The notes under the pieces are model-generated. The model saw nothing but the letters and a program-made list of their open reading frames with translations. It ran no database searches and was not told where the DNA came from. A stretch of DNA of 16,941 bases from Verrucomicrobia bacterium UBA3869 (GTDB lineage: Bacteria > Verrucomicrobiota > Verrucomicrobiia > Opitutales > UBA9783). Made by a program: the position numbers and the translations under genes. Numbering within the stretch: the stretch's first letter is position 1; each line of letters starts with the position of its first letter. This document shows positions 15,587-16,941 of this stretch, piece by piece. Location of the stretch: positions 1 through 16,941 of the forward strand of contig DGGR01000036.1 in the NCBI GenBank assembly GCA_002392285.1, in the 5' to 3' direction.

Positions 15587-16618
15587 ATGCAGTGCTTAAA
15601 GGCCCTTAAAGCAGCTAAGCGTTTTTTATCCTATCAAACCCATAAGACAGGGCGTTCGGTTATTTTAGAAATTAGCGCTATCTGTAACGCTCAGTGTGCC
15701 TATTGCCAAACGGGCTTCAATAACCGCAACGGTTCAGGGTGCAAAGAAAATCCGTTTATATCGGTCGAGTTGTTTACACGCATCGTCCAGTATTTAAAAG
15801 CTCAGCGCTTCCTAACCGCCGGCACTTTGCTCAACCTGTATTCTTGGGGCGAACCCCTCCTACATCCTGAATTTGCAACGCTCGTTCACGTCGCAACCCA
15901 AGAACACTGTTTGTTGGGATTAAGCACGAACGCTAACTACTTACCCAAATTGCCTAACAATTTCGACGCTAGCCATATCGCAGTTGTGTACATCTCTATG
16001 CCCGGGTTTAGCCAGGCATCGTACGACAAGATCCACCGCTTCGATTTTGAGCATATCAAGGCAAATATTCAGCGCTTGGTACAGGATTTTAGAAGCCATG
16101 GGTTTTTCGGTATTTTTGATATCCGTTTTCACGTTTACCGTTTTAATCAAGCTGAGATTGCGCCTGCTCAAGCCTTTGCGCAATCCCTCGGAATAGCGTT
16201 TCATCCCTATTATGCTTACATCAACGATGGCGCAAGGGTAGCTCGTTATTTCCAAGGAACTTTAGACGCAGCTTATCGCCAACAAGCAGCGGACGATTTG
16301 TTCATGGATTATTATGACCCTTATTTCAAACCCAGCACAACCTGCCCCATGCTCAACCGTACGTATTTAGACGTACAGGGGCGCTGCGCCTTGTGCTGCA
16401 TGAACGGAACCACGGTTGGTTCTATCTTTGACCATACGCTTAGCTCGTTAACCAAAGCACGCGACCAACATCCGGCGTGTCAAGCCTGCCGACAATCAGG
16501 GTTGGCTTCGGTTATGAACACCTGCATTAATTACGATTTTACGTTGAACGATACATCAACCAAAGGCTTAAGGTATTTTTATCAATGCCTAAAGACCTGC
16601 TTTTTGTCTCACCAATAG
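15587..16618 (+). CDS. Radical-SAM protein with a SPASM/twitch-like C-terminal Cys cluster, paralog 3
   Basis: Motif set: CNAQCAYC, WGEPLLHP, STNAN, SMPGFSQASYDKIHRFDFEHIK (this 22-aa block is identical to paralog 2), 'CPMLNRTYLDVQGRCALCC' and CQAC. It starts 27 nt after paralog 2. Confidence 0.8.
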   Translation: MQCLKALKAAKRFLSYQTHKTGRSVILEISAICNAQCAYCQTGFNNRNGSGCKENPFISVELFTRIVQYLKAQRFLTAGTLLNLYSWGEPLLHPEFATLVHVATQEHCLLGLSTNANYLPKLPNNFDASHIAVVYISMPGFSQASYDKIHRFDFEHIKANIQRLVQDFRSHGFFGIFDIRFHVYRFNQAEIAPAQAFAQSLGIAFHPYYAYINDGARVARYFQGTLDAAYRQQAADDLFMDYYDPYFKPSTTCPMLNRTYLDVQGRCALCCMNGTTVGSIFDHTLSSLTKARDQHPACQACRQSGLASVMNTCINYDFTLNDTSTKGLRYFYQCLKTCFLSHQ

Positions 16619-16653
16619 CCACAAACCCGGTCTTTTTGTAAAAACAAAAAATC

Positions 16654-16683
16654 TTGCCATTTTTGAGGGTAAAAAGTTATTTT
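16654..16683 (+). promoter_or_regulatory. Candidate promoter for dnaN
   Basis: TTGCCA (16654-16659), an 18-nt spacer, then TATTTT (16678-16683). The -10 element ends 7 nt before the dnaN ATG, which would imply a leaderless or near-leaderless mRNA. Weak pattern match only. Confidence 0.2.
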
Positions 16684-16690
16684 GGTAGTG

Positions 16691-16941
16691 ATGAAATTCC
16701 AAATCGAAAAAAATGCTTTTGTAAATGGACTCACGCAAGTTCTGAACATTGTTGGAACCCGTGCAGCGCTTCCTGTTCTATCCAATGTTCTGATAAAAGC
16801 TCAAGATGATGCATTAGAGCTAACCACCACTAACCTAGATATTGGAATTCGCTGTACCGTAACCGCAACGGTACAAACCCCGGGCACGTTAACGTTACCT
16901 GCCCGTAAGTTGGCAGCCATTGTTAAAGCTTTACCAGAGGG
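16691..16941 (+). CDS. dnaN: DNA polymerase III beta sliding clamp, 3'-truncated by the window edge
   Basis: This ORF is absent from the ORF track because it has no stop in the window. My translation from ATG 16691 is [83 protein letters not shown]. This is the canonical DnaN N-terminal domain pattern (LP(V/I)LSNVL, L.L..TDL, G....PA+.L..IV+.LP). Confidence 0.88.
   Translation, partial: MKFQIEKNAFVNGLTQVLNIVGTRAALPVLSNVLIKAQDDALELTTTNLDIGIRCTVTATVQTPGTLTLPARKLAAIVKALPE

Noticed and set aside
16615-16623. DnaA-box-like ATAGCCACA upstream of dnaN
   Set aside because: It has two mismatches to TTATCCACA, occurs as a single copy and overlaps the stop region of the preceding gene. That is not enough to call oriC or a DnaA-regulated promoter.
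16633-16650. Inverted repeat TTTTTGT-aaaa-ACAAAAA after radical-SAM paralog 3, considered as a terminator
   Set aside because: The stem is almost entirely A-T, with a single G-C pair, so the predicted stability is very low. It is probably just an AT-rich spacer.
13366-16690. A short RiPP precursor-peptide gene next to the radical-SAM triplet
   Set aside because: The only non-coding gaps are 96, 4, 27 and 72 bp, and none contains a plausible start-to-stop ORF. The ORFs antisense to the paralogs (13807-14025, 15219-15473, 15941-16255) look like shadow ORFs. A distal precursor cannot be excluded.
1-16941. CRISPR arrays, tRNA/rRNA genes, transposases, integrases and phage genes across the whole window
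   Set aside because: No spaced direct repeats, no cloverleaf-capable intergenic sequence (all gaps are 149 bp or shorter) and no recombinase-like ORFs are present. The window looks like core chromosome rather than a mobile island.

Overview
The window is a gene-dense bacterial chromosomal segment with about 18 protein genes, no RNA genes, no CRISPR array and no recognisable mobile element. Features in order:
- A partial GT2 glycosyltransferase overlapping a sugar-phosphate nucleotidyltransferase.
- A signal-peptide protein of unknown function.
- A membrane-anchored TPR-like protein.
- Glycogen synthase glgA.
- A beta-sandwich lipoprotein.
- A HemW-type radical-SAM protein.
- A tightly packed minus-strand operon: nrdD, nrdG and two tandem divergent PAP2-like membrane proteins.
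- An injectisome-type type III secretion export-gate trio, sctS-sctT-sctU, with no adjacent sctR.
- Three tandem paralogous radical-SAM proteins with a SPASM/twitch-like Cys-rich C-terminus.
- The 5' end of dnaN.

The best candidate for an undescribed system is the radical-SAM triplet (13462-16618). I can see no precursor peptide, RRE domain or partner gene for it. The second most interesting feature is NrdD, which carries a roughly 110-aa C-terminal extension ending in a thioredoxin-fold CxxC domain.

The gene content is five radical-SAM enzymes, one glycyl-radical enzyme, a Ysc/Cds-like T3SS and glycogen synthase. This suggests an anaerobic, possibly host-associated bacterium, perhaps from the PVC superphylum, but the taxonomy is a weak inference.

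All functional calls come from motif recognition by eye in the supplied translations. No database search was possible.
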